A stretch of 62,903 nt of DNA, filler included, from Reclinomonas americana ATCC 50394 (lineage: Eukaryota): NCBI GenBank assembly GCA_048213135.1. It is 21 parts of 21 records of this genome, joined end to end, with 100 filler letters (N's around TTAATTAATTAA, not from the genome) between each part and the next. Parts side by side here need not be neighbours in the genome. Positions count along the whole stretch, not along the records: positions 11,427 to 13,022 come from AFZH01023876.1; positions 13,123 to 14,192 come from AFZH01023877.1; positions 14,293 to 16,223 come from AFZH01023878.1; positions 16,324 to 19,831 come from AFZH01023879.1; positions 19,932 to 21,692 come from AFZH01023880.1; 16 more parts are not named here. One strand, given 5' to 3'. This document shows positions 12,152 through 21,692 of this stretch, in pieces. Made by a program: the position numbers and the translations under genes. How positions within the stretch are numbered: position 1 is the first letter of the stretch; every line of letters starts with the position of its first letter. Under the pieces are notes generated by a model, which worked only from the letters and a program-made list of their open reading frames with translations, did no database searches and had not been told where the DNA came from.

Positions 12152-12856
12152 CTACGAGGACTGTGCCGGTTCGAGAAGGTCATCTCGGTGGTGGGTTCGC
12201 AGCCATTCATCGGTTTCGCTTTGGATGTCCCCCATCGACCGCCCGGTCCATCGGGCGATGGCGGCATCGACGTGCCGACGGACCATCGCTTCGAGGTCGA
12301 GGTCGTCGCTCTGAATCCACTGGATCTCCAGGCCATCGAGCGTCGCGATCATGAGGCGCGCTTCAGCCTCGACGCTCTCCGCGCTCATGAACTCGACCTC
12401 TTGTCGCTCCACCGCGATGCGCAGATTCTCGGACATCCCCGTGATGGTGTCGAGTTGCCGCTCGAGGATGAACGGGCGGGCCGGGTGATCCTCCCGCGCG
12501 GCTTCGATGGACATCGTGAGGAAGAGCTCGATGAGGCCGCGCCGTTTCGCGTGGTATCGCATCAGGAAGGCGAACGAGCGGAAATAGTCCAGCCCATGGA
12601 AGACATCCGTCTCCGGCGCGGTCTCCTCCCGCCAGTGCTCGAGCACGGCGACGAGCAGCCCCTCCTTGCTTCCGAAATAGGCGATCAACGTGCCGTTGGT
12701 CGTGCCGACCTGGTCGGCGATCTGACGCAAGGATGCTCCGTGATATCCGTACTGCCCGAAGGCGAGGGATGCGGCGGCGACGATCTCACGTCGGCGCTTC
12801 ACGCCGTTTCTGTATGGGCCGCGCGCGCCGCGCCCCTCCTGCGTGCTCGAAGTCAT
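12152..12856 (-). CDS. TetR-family transcriptional regulator
   Basis: GGAGG RBS; RRREIVAAASLAFGQYGYHGASLRQIADQVGTT..YFGSKEGLL; C-terminal DGLEIQW. Confidence 0.93.
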   Translation of the reverse strand: MTSSTQEGRGARGPYRNGVKRRREIVAAASLAFGQYGYHGASLRQIADQVGTTNGTLIAYFGSKEGLLVAVLEHWREETAPETDVFHGLDYFRSFAFLMRYHAKRRGLIELFLTMSIEAAREDHPARPFILERQLDTITGMSENLRIAVERQEVEFMSAESVEAEARLMIATLDGLEIQWIQSDDLDLEAMVRRHVDAAIARWTGRSMGDIQSETDEWLRTHHRDDLLEPAQSS

Positions 12857-12889
12857 GAAACCACCTCCAGAGAACACCCTAATCTCGTC

Positions 12890-12944
12890 TTGCGCGAAAG
12901 TTGAGCATTCGGTTATAGTTCGATGAAACATGATCGATCGGTCA
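12890..12944 (+). promoter_or_regulatory. Promoter with two candidate TetR operators
   Basis: TTGCGC-N18-TATAGT (12890-12919). Near-palindrome TGATCGATCGGTCA (12931-12944) and related TGAGCATTCGGTTA (12902-12915). Confidence 0.55.
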
Positions 12945-12969
12945 AGGTTCAACTCGAGGGAGAGACAGG

Positions 12970-13726
12970 ATGTCGATGAAAGCCGACCGAGCGAGGTCCG
13001 AGCGGCTGCGAGTGGGCATCCGNNNNNNNNNNNNNNNNNNNNNNNNNNNNNNNNNNNNNNNNNNNNTTAATTAATTAANNNNNNNNNNNNNNNNNNNNNN
13101 NNNNNNNNNNNNNNNNNNNNNNCACCATCCGCTCCACCGTCGTTCTCCCGCCCAATTCACTGTTCGAGGACCTCGCCACCGACATCGTCGCGCGTGCGTC
13201 GTCGGCACCGTCCGGCGAGATCGATGAGGAGACAGCCGCCCGCGCCATCACCGATGGCATCATGGGGCTGGCCATCCACGACCTGCCCCTGATCCGTCAG
13301 TTCCTGCCCGCCACCTCCGACCTCGAAGTGCTGCGCGCCGAACTCACATCCTCCTGGGGCTACGTCATCTCGGGCACCGTCTCCGAGAAAGTCCTTCACT
13401 TCCAAGCCAGCATGACCGACGGGTGGGCCCCCCAATGGACACTCGAGGTGATCAGCGACGAACTGTCGCTGACCGTCACCTTCACCCCGTCCTATGTGCA
13501 GGGCGGGTCCGCGATCGCCACTCTCCACTCGAGCGAAGGAAGCCGAACATTCGGTCCCTTCGTGCTCAGCGGCTACGAGGCGGAATGGATCACCCTCGCC
13601 CGTGTCGCACGCGGTCAGGAGACGGCACCCCCACTGGGGAGGCTCATCGATGACCTCCGGTTCGCGATCGCCCTCGCCGACCAATCCGCCATCGAGATCC
13701 GTAGCAACTGGAAGTCTGTCGCATGA
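12970..13726 (+). CDS. Gfo/Idh/MocA oxidoreductase split by a gap (start 12970-13022, C-terminus 13123-13726)
   Basis: MSMKADRARSERLRVGI before the gap; GLAIHDLPLIR and F.PSYVQGGSA..GYEAEW after it. Confidence 0.7.
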
Positions 13727-14192
13727 GCCTCATCAAAATCGCCGCCGCCGACGAGTCGGCCCCCGCCGGCGCACTCGAATGGATTGCCGCATCCCTGCCG
13801 GGATCACTTGAACTCGTCGCGGATGACGCGGATGTGCGCGCCGTGTCCGGCTCGGCGGGCTGGACCGACAGAGCGGAACAGGCACTCGAAGACGGGGCAT
13901 CCGGAGTCGTCGTCGTGGCGCCTACGGCGGAGGCGGTCGACCGCCTGCAGACGACCGCCGCCCAAAGAGACGCGTTCGTGATCCTTGACCAGCGTTGGCG
14001 GTCGAACCCGAGCGTCGACGGGGCCCGTGATGCGGTCAGCAACCTCGACTCACCGGTGTCCTTCGCCGAGATCGCCGTGAACGTCACGACGTCAGACAGT
14101 ATCGACCGGACTGTTCTCGAAGCGGTCCAGATCGCGCTGCACATCGTCGGAGCGCTCGAGCATCTTCGTATCCTTCACCGGCAGCCGCACTC
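13723..14192 (+). CDS. Hypothetical protein, degenerate Gfo/Idh/MocA-like (3'-truncated)
   Basis: ATGA overlap with the upstream gene; AEQALEDGASGVVVVAP and ILDQRWRSNP echo the family layout. Confidence 0.55.
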
Positions 14193-14292
14193 NNNNNNNN
14201 NNNNNNNNNNNNNNNNNNNNNNNNNNNNNNNNNNNNTTAATTAATTAANNNNNNNNNNNNNNNNNNNNNNNNNNNNNNNNNNNNNNNNNNNN

Positions 14293-15502
14293 CGGCGGTG
14301 GTGGCGGAGGAACCAGCACCGGCACCCTGAAGTTCTGGGACATGCCATGGGGCCCGCAGAGCTACGCGGACGAGGTGAAGAAGGTCGTCACCGGCTACTC
14401 GCCTACCGGCGGACTCCCCTCGGCCAGTTACCAGCAGATCCAGTGGAACAACTTCTACCAGACGTTCTCGTCAGCGATCGCGTCGAAGACCGGACCGGCC
14501 GTCAGCAGCGGCGCCGGCTTCCAGGCCTTCCAGTTCGCCGAACAGGGCGCGATCGCCTACGCCGATGACCTCCTGGACGCGCTGCGCAAGAGCGGCAAGA
14601 TCGACGACTTCCTTCCCGGCACCATCGAGACGATGAAGACTCCCGACGGGTACGCTGCCATCCCGTGGCAGGCGGACTACCGTGTGCTCTGGTACCGGAA
14701 GTCGCTCCTCGAGCAGGCCGGTGTGCAGGCACCGACCGACTGGGCCTCGTACATTGAGGCCTCGAAGGCACTCGCGAAGAACGGCGTCTACGGATTCGGC
14801 ATCGGCGCGGGCGCGGGCAACAGCGTCGGGTCTCAGGCGCTGATCTCCCTGATGATCAACAACGGTGGCGGCCTGTTCAACGCGGACCAGAAGCCCGACG
14901 CGGTCACGGATGCCAACATCGAAGCGATGGACTTCGTGGCGGAGCTGATCGCGCAGAAGGCGGTCGACCCGGGCGCTCCGAGCTACACCGCCGACAACGT
15001 CATCGAGCAGTGGTCGTCCAAGAAGATCGGCATGGGCTGGCACACGGCCGGCCTTCAGCATCTCCTCGGTGATGACGACGTGGTCGTCGCCTCCCCGGTG
15101 ACGGCGTACAGCGGCGACACCGGAACGCTCGGATACGTCAACAACCTGATGATGTACACCAACACGCCCAGCCAGGAAGGTTCCGAGGCGTTCCTGACGT
15201 CATACCTCGACAGCATCAAGTCCTACTGGGACAACAAGGTCATCGACCAGCTGCCGGTGATGAAGTCGATCGTCGATTCCGAGGCGTTCCAGTCCGACGC
15301 CGAGTGGGTGAAGATCATCGACGAATGGCAGCCGGTGGGCAAGCCGCTGTCCTGGCAGGCATCCACGCTCTTCGCCGACCTCGCGGCAGTTGACGGCGGG
15401 CAGGGACTCCAGCAGTTCACGCAGTCCGTCCTCGGCGGCCAGACCACGTCGAAGGCGGCCCTGGAGACACTGCAGAAGACGCTGGAATCCGCGACCTCGT
15501 AA
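14293..15502 (+). CDS. Carbohydrate ABC substrate-binding protein (5'-truncated)
   Basis: LKFWDMPWG, YAAIPWQADYRVLWYRKSLLEQAG, PTDWASY. Confidence 0.9.
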
Positions 15503-15528
15503 GACGGCATCACCCAGGGAGCAAGAGC

Positions 15529-16223
15529 ATGACCACTTCACAGAACGCCGCGACGCGACTCAAACGGGTCAGATCCGGAGTCGGCGTCGGCGGTGCAGGG
15601 CGGCCGGGCCGCGGTCGCAACGTCATCGCGGCGCAAACACGACGGACCTATCCGCTGCTGATCATCCCGTCCGTCGTGCTCCTGGTGCTGATCAACGCGT
15701 ATCCGTTCATCGTCGCCGCGTATCAGTCGGTGCATGATGGCTCCTTGATCGCCGAGGGTGCGTTCATCGGACTGGACAACTACGCCGCGATCCTCGCATC
15801 GGAGGCCTTCTGGAAGGCGACCCGCTTCACTCTGCTCTTCACGGTCGTCGGAGTGTTCGGCTCGTGGGCGCTCGGTCTGGCGTTCGCCTTGCTGCTGCGT
15901 ACTCGGATCCCGGGCAACGGCGTCTTCAAAGTACTGCTCCTGCTTCCCTGGGTGGTCCCTGTCGTGGTATCGGCGACGGCGTGGAACTGGCTCGTCGCGA
16001 CACCGCAGAGCCCGGTCCCTTCCTTGTTGCGGCTGGTGGGCATCGAGAACGTGCTGTTCCTCGCTGACCCCACGCTGGCGGTCATCATGGTCTGCGTCTT
16101 CAAAGTCTGGATCAGCTTCCCGTTCATGATGATGATGACCGGGTCCGCGCTGGCATCGGTCGACCCGACGGTCTACGAGGCGTCCCAGATGGACGGCGCG
16201 GGCAAGTGGCAGCAGTTCCGGAT
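15529..16223 (+). CDS. Carbohydrate ABC transporter permease (3'-truncated)
   Basis: FIGLDNY, LLLPWVVP and EAA loop VYEASQMDGAGKWQQF. Confidence 0.93.
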
Positions 16224-16323
16224 NNNNNNNNNNNNNNNNNNNNNNNNNNNNNNNNNNNNNNNNNNNNTTAATTAATTAANNNNNNNNNNNNNNNNNNNNN
16301 NNNNNNNNNNNNNNNNNNNNNNN

Positions 16324-16874
16324 GTCGGGATCACGACCGTGATCGACCGTACGCGCGGTGGACCGGTGGCTGACCGAAGACGGCGTCGCTGACATCGCAG
16401 AGAGAATGAAACCGCGCTGCGGAGGTCGCCGCCGGATTCGGCCTTCGCGTCGGCTATCACAACCATGCGCAGGAGTTCGTCGCGACCTTCGACGGCGACA
16501 CGGCGTTCGAGCGCTTCGTCTCCCTGACGGACGAGACGGTGGAGATCGAACTGGATCTGTTCTGGGCTCTCGCGGGAGGGCAGGACGTCCCCGCGCTCGT
16601 CTCGCGCCTCGGATCGAGACTCGTCGCCGTGCACGTGAAGGACGGAGTGGTACCGCCGACCAACCCCTTCGCTCCGGACGCGCAGGCCTTCGGATCCGAG
16701 TCGCTCGACCAGAGGCACGCCGGTACAGGAGAGGTTCCCCTGGCCGCTTCGCTTCGGGCCGGAGCGAACGCAATCCGGTACACGGTCATCGAGTACGACA
16801 ACCCGCCAGGCGACGTCTTCGACGACGTGAGCGCAAGCCTGGCCTTCCTCCGCGACGGCGGCTTCGTCCGGTGA
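16324..16874 (+). CDS. Sugar phosphate isomerase/epimerase, IolE/AP-endonuclease-2 TIM barrel (5'-truncated)
   Basis: GLRVGYHNHAQEF, ELDLFWA, VHVKDG, VIEYD. Small indels near the contig start look like sequencing errors. Confidence 0.88.
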
Positions 16875-17995
16875 GCGCTGTCGGCGTCGGGCTGATCGGC
16901 AGCGGGGTCATCAGCGACACCTACCTGGAGAACCTCGCCTCCTTCCCCGACGTCGAAGTCCGAATAATCGGAGGCCTCAACGTCGAGCGAGCTCGCGCTC
17001 GCGCCGAGAAGCACGGGATACCGAGGTGGGGAACCGTCGATGACGTCCTGGGCCACCCCGACGTGCAGGTCATCGTGAACCTGACCGTGCCTGCCGTTCA
17101 CGTGGAGGTGTCTGCGGCGGCGATCGCTGCCGGGAAGCACGTGTGGACAGAGAAGCCCATCGGGCTCGAACTCGCCGACGTCGACGCGTTGCTGCGCAGT
17201 GCGGATGCTGCGGGGCTACGCGTCGGCTCTGCCCCGGATACGGTCCTCGGACCCGGTTTCCAGACGGCCAAACGTGCCATTGAGAGCGGCGTGATCGGTT
17301 CGCCGCTGTTCGCGTACACCTCGTTTCAGACCCAGGGGCCGGACGTCTGGCATCCGGGCCCGCAGTTTCTGTTCTCTCGCGGTGCGGGACCACTGTTCGA
17401 CATGGGGCCCTACTACTTCAGTGCACTTGTCAGCCTCCTGGGCCCGGTCGCCCGGGTCGTGGCCGCGGGCATGAAACCACAGGCTGAGCGCGAGATCCGC
17501 ACGGGTCCGAGCGCGGGCACACGGTTCCCTGTGCGGGTCCCCACCACCCTGCAGATGCTCACCATCTTCGAGGGCGGCCAGCAGGCGCACAGTCTGCTGA
17601 GCTTCGACTCGGCGTTGGAACGGCACGGCATCATCGAGATACACGGCACAGAAGGCTCGATCATCGTTCCCGATCCCAATAGGTTCACCGGGCGCACGGC
17701 CTACGTGAAACCACTGTCGGAGTTCCTGGACGGTCAGGAGATCGACCAGCCGCAGATCGAGATTCAGCCGATGGGCGCCGCTGTCGGGCGCGGGCTCGGG
17801 CTGCTCGAGATGGTCCGCGCCATCGCCGAGAATCGACCGCACATTGCTTCAGGAGAACTGGGCCGGCACGTCCTCGACATCATGCTCTCGGCGGAGGAGT
17901 CCGCTGCCACCGGTCAGTTCGTGACCGTCGACAGCTCCGTCGCACCGGTTCCCGCGCTCCCAGGAGGCTTTGATCCGTTCTCGTCGACTGTATGA
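16871..17995 (+). CDS. Gfo/Idh/MocA family oxidoreductase
   Basis: GTGA overlap; GVGLIGSGVIS, NLTVPAVH, GKHVWTEKP, GAGPLFDMGPYY, GTEGS. Confidence 0.92.
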   Translation: MSAVGVGLIGSGVISDTYLENLASFPDVEVRIIGGLNVERARARAEKHGIPRWGTVDDVLGHPDVQVIVNLTVPAVHVEVSAAAIAAGKHVWTEKPIGLELADVDALLRSADAAGLRVGSAPDTVLGPGFQTAKRAIESGVIGSPLFAYTSFQTQGPDVWHPGPQFLFSRGAGPLFDMGPYYFSALVSLLGPVARVVAAGMKPQAEREIRTGPSAGTRFPVRVPTTLQMLTIFEGGQQAHSLLSFDSALERHGIIEIHGTEGSIIVPDPNRFTGRTAYVKPLSEFLDGQEIDQPQIEIQPMGAAVGRGLGLLEMVRAIAENRPHIASGELGRHVLDIMLSAEESAATGQFVTVDSSVAPVPALPGGFDPFSSTV

Positions 17996-18089
17996 ACGAA
18001 ACGGCCGGGTGCGCTCGCCGCTGCGCTGCCGAAAGCACCGCGAGGGGTGCCCAGAGGGAGACTCTCCGGCGCGGCGCTGTGAAATCTCC

Positions 18090-18488
18090 TCATCGATTCC
18101 AGTGGCGGAGTTTCTCGGGGTTGCACACGACCCAGACGCTGGACAGGAGTCCCGATCGCTCCTCTGCGGTGACTGCTCCGATGACCTGTCCGCCGCGGAT
18201 CAGGGTGAACCCGGGAACGCTGTTGATCGACGCCATCGCGACGGACGTGTCCGACGTCATCAGGCTGAGCAGCTGCGAGGTAGCCGCGGCCGGTCCCTCG
18301 GCGGGCTCGGCCGCGTGGGGAACAAACCCGCCGCTGTCGATGATCACCACGACGTCCCGGTGCAGCATCTCGCGGAGCACATCCTCATCGTTCGACGTCA
18401 GAGCGCTCGCGAGTTCGCTCATCGTGCCCTCGGCGGCGGCACCACGAAGCCTCCGGCGCCACCACGCCGGGTAGTGCTTGCGGGTCAT
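18090..18488 (-). CDS. Stand-alone SnoaL-like protein resembling the ECF41 C-terminal extension
   Basis: ATGA overlap with the sigma gene; LHRDVVVIIDSGG, INSVPG and WVVCNPEKL correspond to the ECF41 DGGG and NPDKL motifs. Confidence 0.75.
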   Translation of the reverse strand: MTRKHYPAWWRRRLRGAAAEGTMSELASALTSNDEDVLREMLHRDVVVIIDSGGFVPHAAEPAEGPAAATSQLLSLMTSDTSVAMASINSVPGFTLIRGGQVIGAVTAEERSGLLSSVWVVCNPEKLRHWNR

Positions 18489-19405
18489 GCGCTGACCGCG
18501 GTGACATGTCCGAGCTTCTGCGGGCTCATGACCCAGAGGAGCTGAAGGATGCCTTCGGTCGATGTCGTCACGGTCACGATGGTGGTCACCGTGCCGTCCT
18601 CGGTGAGAGTCGCGGCGGGCTGACCGTTGACGTGAACCCAGTCGATCGTCTTGCCTGTCCAGAAGTGGTGGGCGAACGCGGCGACGAACTGCGCCACGCG
18701 GCGGCGTCCGTTCACGGGAGTGCGCGCGGCGAGCTTCACCCCGTTGCCGTCGGTGTAGCTCACGACGTCGGACGCGAACAGGCGCTCCAGCTCCTGGGCG
18801 TCACCCTTCTGCGCCGCGGTGAGGAAGGCTTCCAGCAATCGGCGTTGCGCGTGCGGATCCACGGTCGCCACCTTCGTGGAAGACAGATGCGCTCGCGCCC
18901 TGCTGACGAGCTGTCGCGCGCTGACGACGCTGCTGGAGATCACCTCGGCGATGCGGGGATACGGGTAGTCGAACGCTTCGCGGAGGATGTACGCCGCCCG
19001 CTCGGTCGGGGTCAGCTTCTCGAGCGTCAAGAGGATCGCGAACTGCAGCGCCTCAGCCCGCTCGGCACCGAGAGCCGGGTCGTCGTCCGTGTTGACCGGC
19101 TCGGGCAGCCACGGCCCGATGTAGGTCTCGCGTCGCGTGTGCGAGGACTGCAGGACGTTGATCGAGAGCCTGGTGGCGATCGTCGTGAGAAACGCCACGG
19201 GCTCCTGAATCTGCGTGCGATCCGTGTTCTGCCAACGGATCCACGTCTCCTGGACGATGTCCTCCGCATCCGCGACGCTGCTCAGCATGCGATAGGCGAT
19301 GCCGAACAGGCGTCGACGGTGGGTGTCGAAGACCCGCACGGCCTCGGCAAGGTCACCGCTTCTGCCGAGATCGTCAGGGCTCGACATCACCTCATCGATT
19401 CGCAT
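18485..19405 (-). CDS. sigJ: ECF41-family RNA polymerase sigma factor (SigJ-like) with SnoaL-like extension
   Basis: LFGIAYRMLSSVADAEDIVQETW, RRETYIGPWLPEP, LTPTERAAYILREAFDY, DVVSYTDGNG, VNGQPA, SPQKL. Confidence 0.92.
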   Translation of the reverse strand: MRIDEVMSSPDDLGRSGDLAEAVRVFDTHRRRLFGIAYRMLSSVADAEDIVQETWIRWQNTDRTQIQEPVAFLTTIATRLSINVLQSSHTRRETYIGPWLPEPVNTDDDPALGAERAEALQFAILLTLEKLTPTERAAYILREAFDYPYPRIAEVISSSVVSARQLVSRARAHLSSTKVATVDPHAQRRLLEAFLTAAQKGDAQELERLFASDVVSYTDGNGVKLAARTPVNGRRRVAQFVAAFAHHFWTGKTIDWVHVNGQPAATLTEDGTVTTIVTVTTSTEGILQLLWVMSPQKLGHVTAVSA

Positions 19406-19451
19406 CTCACCCGCTCCGTTCCGTGCCCGCGCACACCCCTACAGAAGCACA

Positions 19452-19478
19452 GACCGGTGGCGGCCACGATCTGTGACA
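19452..19478 (-). promoter_or_regulatory. ECF41-type promoter driving the sigma operon
   Basis: TGTCACA-N16-GGTC on the minus strand, versus the known ECF41 consensus TGTCACA-n16-CGTC. Confidence 0.8.
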
Positions 19479-19523
19479 GGTCGGGTGAGGAATCCGACGG
19501 GAGCCGATCGGTCGAAGGCGCGC

Positions 19524-19550
19524 TGTCACATCGAGCGTCTCTCCCCGGTC
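19524..19550 (+). promoter_or_regulatory. ECF41-type promoter driving the divergent oxidoreductase
   Basis: TGTCACA-N16-GGTC, 48 nt upstream of the ATG at 19599. Confidence 0.82.
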
Positions 19551-19598
19551 CTATCTGATGGGCGCCGAGCGGCGCTCTTGAGAACGGAAGGCAGGGAA

Positions 19599-19831
19599 AT
19601 GGCAAAGATCGTCGTCATCGGGGGCACGGGCCTCATCGGATCCAAGGTCGTGGCGAAACTGACGGAGCACGGCCACGAGGCCGTCGCGGCTTCGCCGAAC
19701 ACCGGTGTCAACTCCCTCACCGGAGAGGGCCTCGCCGAGGCATTGACAGGAGCGGATGTCGTCGTCGACGTCTCGAACTCGCCGTCGTTCGCACCGGACG
19801 ACGTGCTCGAGTTCTTCACCACCTCGACGCG
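19599..19831 (+). CDS. SDR/NmrA-like NAD(P)-binding oxidoreductase (3'-truncated)
   Basis: MAKIVVIGGTGLIGSKVV..GVNSLTGEGLAEALTGADVVVDVSNSPSF; a typical ECF41 neighbour. Confidence 0.88.
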
Positions 19832-20003
19832 NNNNNNNNNNNNNNNNNNNNNNNNNNNNNNNNNNNNNNNNNNNNTTAATTAATTAANNNNNNNNNNNNN
19901 NNNNNNNNNNNNNNNNNNNNNNNNNNNNNNNCGCGTCACCCGTCTGCCGTCGATCCACGTGTTCTGCGTCTTGCCAAGTCATATCGGCCCCCGGCTCACC
20001 ACC

Positions 20004-21206
20004 CTAGACGGCGCTCACCGTCTCATCGCCGGTCCCGAGCCGGAAGAGAGGCACGAAGTCGGGGTCGACGATCGCGGGTCGCGTCAGGCTGAACGACGAG
20101 ATGTCGTGCTCCGTGCGGCCGACCGTGAGCAGATCGGCGAGGATCCGCCCGACCAGGCTCGCGAACTTCCCCGCGTGCCCTGCGCCGTTGAACACGGCGA
20201 CGTGAGGATGCCCCGGCACGGTGTCGAGCACGAAGTCCCGGTCGGCGGGCATGTCGTACACGCACGTCTTGCTCATCAGCAGCGGTCCGTCGGCGCCCGG
20301 CAGGTGCGCACGGAGGAAGGCGCGGAGGACTTCCGGCTCGTCGTCGTCCGGGACGAACGAACGTTCCGAGGGGGAGATGAAGTGGCCGCGCATGTCGCGT
20401 GCGAGCTTGACCGCCGCTTCGCCGTACACCGGGAATCCGTAATGCACCTCGTCGCTGTGGTGGATCCAGATCGGGAATCTGTCCGGAGTGAAATCGGAGA
20501 GATTCTGCGAGGAGAAGTACCCCACCTGCTCCTGGCTCAGAGTGAGAGCGAACGACAGTCCGAGGTCGGGCATCAGGTCTCCGAGCCAGGATCCCGCGGA
20601 GACGACGAGATGGCCTCCGTCGAACGATCCCTCCGACGTCGAGACGGTCACCCCGTCGGCGTCGACCCGCACGCCCGTCACGACGACACCGGAGCGGAAC
20701 TCCACCCCGGCGGCCCTGGCCAGCGACACATGGGCCGACACGGAGCGGCGGATGTCGAGGATGCCGGCATCCGCCTGATGGATCCCGATCGTGTCGTCCG
20801 ACACGTTCCACTGCGGATACTGGCCGCGGATGTCGTCGATCGTCAACTCGTCGTAGCGGATGCCGGCCGCATCCATCGCCCGTCGGTACTCGTCGATCTC
20901 CGCCGCGCCCGGGCTGTCCGCCACCGCGAGGTCGATGCCTCCGGTCTGCGTGTAGATCTTCAGACCGGAGCGCTCCTCGACGTGCGCCCACGCGGCGAAC
21001 ATCGCGTCGGTGAGCTTCGTGTAGTCGTCGCGGTGGTACGCCCGACGGATGATCCTCGAGTGGTCGCCGGACGAGCCGAGGGCGTGGCCGAGCTCGAACT
21101 GCTCCAGCACGAGCACGCGTTCTGCGCCCGCCTGCGTCAGCCAGTAGGCGGCAGCGGATCCGATGGCTCCGGCGCCGATGACGATGTGGGAGTATCCCTG
21201 AGTCAT
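20004..21206 (-). CDS. solA: N-methyl-L-tryptophan oxidase / monomeric sarcosine oxidase family flavoprotein
   Basis: IVIGAGAIGSAAAYWL, HALGSSGDHSRIIRRAY, KTCVY (FAD-linked Cys) and GHAGKFAS. Exact substrate is uncertain. Confidence 0.82.
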   Translation of the reverse strand: MTQGYSHIVIGAGAIGSAAAYWLTQAGAERVLVLEQFELGHALGSSGDHSRIIRRAYHRDDYTKLTDAMFAAWAHVEERSGLKIYTQTGGIDLAVADSPGAAEIDEYRRAMDAAGIRYDELTIDDIRGQYPQWNVSDDTIGIHQADAGILDIRRSVSAHVSLARAAGVEFRSGVVVTGVRVDADGVTVSTSEGSFDGGHLVVSAGSWLGDLMPDLGLSFALTLSQEQVGYFSSQNLSDFTPDRFPIWIHHSDEVHYGFPVYGEAAVKLARDMRGHFISPSERSFVPDDDEPEVLRAFLRAHLPGADGPLLMSKTCVYDMPADRDFVLDTVPGHPHVAVFNGAGHAGKFASLVGRILADLLTVGRTEHDISSFSLTRPAIVDPDFVPLFRLGTGDETVSAV

Positions 21207-21692
21207 GTCGTTCCGTTCTTCCGATGATCCTCGAGGCGGGGCGTCGCGAACGATGCGATGAACCGCTCGGCCGCGGCATCCACCTCCTCGGAGGGGCTCA
21301 GCAGTCGTTGCAGCAGCAGGCCGCGTACGCACGCGATCGCGATGAGGCTCTGCTGCACGGCCTCCGCCTCGGGCCATCCCTCGCGTCGTGCCGCCGCCTG
21401 GAGAAGGCGGGTGAGGTCGTCGAGGTCGGCGACGAAACCGTCGAAGGCGCCGCGCTCGTACACCGCCAAGCCGATCAGGTGGAAGAAGGCGCGAGTCCGC
21501 TCCTCATGCCCGGTGTTGGCGTAGAAGCCCCAGATGGCGCGGAGCATGTCGACGAAGCCGAGGTCGTCGCCGGTCGCCGCGATGATGAGGTTGTCCCGAC
21601 GACGCGCCTCCGAGAGGACGGCGCTCAGCAGTGCCGGTCGAGACCCGAAGTGGTAGGTCAGGAGCGTGTGGTGCACGCCGAGGCGCTCGGCC
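21203..21692 (-). CDS. TetR-family regulator (5'-truncated)
   Basis: AERLGVHHTLLTYHFGSRPALLSAVL; ATGA overlap with the oxidase. Confidence 0.85.

Noticed and set aside
16324..16420. Programmed frameshift or pseudogene in the isomerase; similar breaks at 58340-58425
   Set aside because: One-base indels in short runs at contig ends are best explained as low-coverage errors.
19932..19982. Possible aldehyde dehydrogenase start (KTQNTWIDG) downstream of the oxidase
   Set aside because: It is 17 codons long and needs an assumed indel.
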